Assembly (NCBI GenBank): GCA_027923505.1
Contig: BROI01000008.1
Span: forward strand, 1,054,001-1,118,000
Length of the DNA: 64,000 nt
From: Mayamaea pseudoterrestris
Lineage: Eukaryota
Direction: 5' to 3'
The translations under genes and the position numbers were made by a program. Positions 61,809 to 64,000 of the stretch are shown here, piece after piece; position 1 is the first letter of the stretch; each line of letters begins with the position of its first letter. The notes beneath the pieces were generated by a model. The model worked only from the letters and a program-made list of their open reading frames with translations. It was not told the DNA's origin and made no database searches.

Positions 61809-64000
61809 TGTCAATTGACATCTATTTCGACACGAACAACCCTTTGTAGAGAGGTTCAAGCCTGAGATACGCTGAATCCAAACATGCGTCGGCCAAGGAT
61901 GACCATTGCGATAGTTTGATGGCTCGTCGCCTCGTCGTCTTCGTCATGCCAGGTGTGTACATGAGTGCGTAGATGCATGTAATGGCGGCGGGCCGACGTA
62001 AGGCGTCGCTCGGTCAACAACGGTCGAACGATATGCATCAAACCGATCACATCGTCCTCATCCTCGAATAATGTCTGATGCTTTTCTCCACTGCAAGTGA
62101 CCGTCAAACATTTATCGTTGGAGATATGATGTTGCTCAAGGAAGCTGAAGGGAAAACGAATGGTTCCGCGACACATCGTCGCGCGTCGGACCTCAACCAA
62201 TCAATGCGTGACAGGGGACCAATTCGAAACCTTTTGTGACCTCACTGTCAAATTGACACTTTCCTGGTTCTCTGCCTTATTCTCGCCAAGGTAAAAAAGA
62301 GATTGCGACAGTAGAAAATGGAAGACTGCAATAGTCTTGCATGGTCTCGAGCCAAGGGAGATATGTCCCTTGTCTCGAGCGTTGTGAAGCGTTGGTGGTT
62401 GTCATCACCATCCAGCGACAGTGAAAAGACGTGATGACGTTTTGGTGTTCTCGCTTCGTCGCATCTCGCTCCATGCAATCTGCAATCATCAATCGACCAC
62501 ACCCAATCCTTTAATGCTACAACATAATGCGCCTCGCACTGGCTCAACCCCGCAATAAATCCTACTGCGGACATTGGCAATTACGGCCTCATAACTGTCA
62601 TTCTGCTGTTTTTCCTTTAGCGGCGGGCCTCGTCAAACATGCCCAAACGCACCCTTTCTTCGTCAGCTGCGTCTTCCAAGTGTTGAGCATGGATGAGAAC
62701 CCAAACCGAAGCGGCAGCGGTGACGTCACGAAGACGGTCACATTTAAGTAAGCGCGGTAAGCGGCAACCGAAGGAGTGGATCGAGGACGATCACTTCTTG
62801 GAGAAAATAAGTAAAGTGGTTTTATTGACTCTGTTCTGCTTAATCATTAGTGTCGCTTCAAGGGCGCGCAAGATATATTCTAGATCCAACATTTTCTCCA
62901 AGAAGCGAGTGAAAAGACATGTCTTCGACGAGCAATACTCCGACGACAGGAGCGGCGTCGAGCGGTGGAGGTGCACCTCCCGCTCCGCCAGCAAGCGAAG
63001 GAAACCGACGCAACCGTCATTATCGTCGTGGGAATCGTGCTGGGAATCGTTCCGGGAATCAAGGCAATGGTAACAGACTCAACGGACCGAGTCGTGCGCC
63101 GAGTGGAAATTTCCAAGGAAGCGAGCCGACGCTCGCTGGATTCATCTACGACTATAACGGTTCGCGCGATCCCGATGGATTCATCCGTACGACGAACGAG
63201 ATCATCACTTTCGTCGGGCGCTCCTACAAGAAATATACCAAGGAGCTGCTCAAGGGCATGCGCAACGTGGAACTGGAGATTCCTGACGAGCCTGCACGTC
63301 CAACGAAGGATGCCGACACGACGGACTCGGACTGGTCCATAATGCTCGAGGAATACAAGGCCGACAAGAAAGAGCATGTCGAGCGCGTGCGTGTATACTC
63401 CGACTTCCTCGCTGGTCTCTACGCCGTGTTGCATGGACAATGCACGGAGCGTATGAAGGATCGTGTCAAGTCGCACGCCAAGTTCCGAGACGCCGAGGAG
63501 GACACGGACGGAATTAAGTTGCTGGCGATTATCAAGGAGATCTCGCATACGTACGAAGGGCGCTGCAAACTTGTGGATCAAGTCGTGGACATTCAAGCTG
63601 AGTTGTTCGACGTACTCAAGGAGCGCGCGAAAGCCTGCAGAAATATTACGAAAGCATGGTCACGCTGGCAGACGTGGCGAAGGCGGTTGGCGTCACGATG
63701 CACAACGAGATTGTGGCGTTGAACATTGCCAAGGATGACAATCGTAACAAGGCGAACAAGGAGGATATCAAGGCCGCCGAAGAGCTCGAGCTTGCGATGC
63801 TTTTCGTGCGTGGCGCAACGGGCGAATACGCTGGGTATTGCAAGCACTTGCGCAACTGCTACCTCGACGGGCACGACAACTTCCCGTTGACGATCCACGA
63901 TGCATACAACATCATGCAGCGTCGTGAGCATGCGGATGGAGAAGCCACGTTGCCAACGAACGAGGGCGTGGCGTTTCACACGACTGGTACAGCGCGTGAC
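61809..64000 (+). mobile_element. 5' part of a Ty1/Copia-like LTR retrotransposon (diatom CoDi type), running off the window; 5' boundary tentative
   Basis: A gag-like ORF starts at 62919. Upstream is CpG-rich non-coding sequence starting at TGTCAATTGACA (61809), a plausible TG LTR start. No second LTR in the window to confirm. Confidence 0.65.
62919..64000 (+). CDS. Copia-type Gag-like polyprotein N-terminus, -1 frameshift near 63617, truncated by window end
   Basis: FQGSEPTLAGFIYD..FIRTTNEIITFVG and LYAVLHGQCTERMKDRVKS..DGIKLLAIIKEI. The -1 frame continues stop-free as QGARESLQKYY..LAMLFVRGA..HLRNCYLDGHDNFPLTIHDAYNIM, motifs I recall from diatom Copia gag proteins. Confidence 0.75.

Noticed and set aside
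61809..62258. tgtcaattgaca (61809) and tgtcaaattgaca (62246) as MITE termini or a complete LTR
   Set aside because: The match is limited to a short self-palindrome with no TSD, and LTR limits cannot be fixed without the 3' LTR.

Overview
Eukaryotic window, most likely a diatom or related stramenopile (short GT-AG introns, a bipartite plastid-type leader, a Copia gag of the diatom type). It has three parts. (1) 1-22.5 kb is compact and gene-rich: a 2031-aa repeat protein with WASH/CCDC53-like and WH2-like motifs, a CAMK-type kinase, an HSF transcription factor, URB1/Npa1 head-to-head with RPL26, an RRM protein and a TauE/SafE-family transporter. (2) About 22.6-61.3 kb is a CpG-poor repeat island. 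Its core is a ~35 kb array of a 371-bp satellite, itself a diverged 188+183 bp dimer, with higher-order repeats. The array is bracketed by inverted clusters of a 169-bp repeat, with 180-bp and ~176-bp repeat families further out. A ~7.4 kb DIRS-type retroelement (ORF1, RT/RNase H, tyrosine recombinase; minus strand) sits in the middle of the array. (3) From ~61.8 kb the 5' part of a Copia-like LTR element begins. The most notable candidate system is the inverted-repeat-bounded, nucleosome-scale satellite domain carrying a YR retroelement. It could be a satellite-type centromere or heterochromatin block, or a giant transposon-derived unit. Several signs of assembly or consensus error inside the array should be checked against raw reads.
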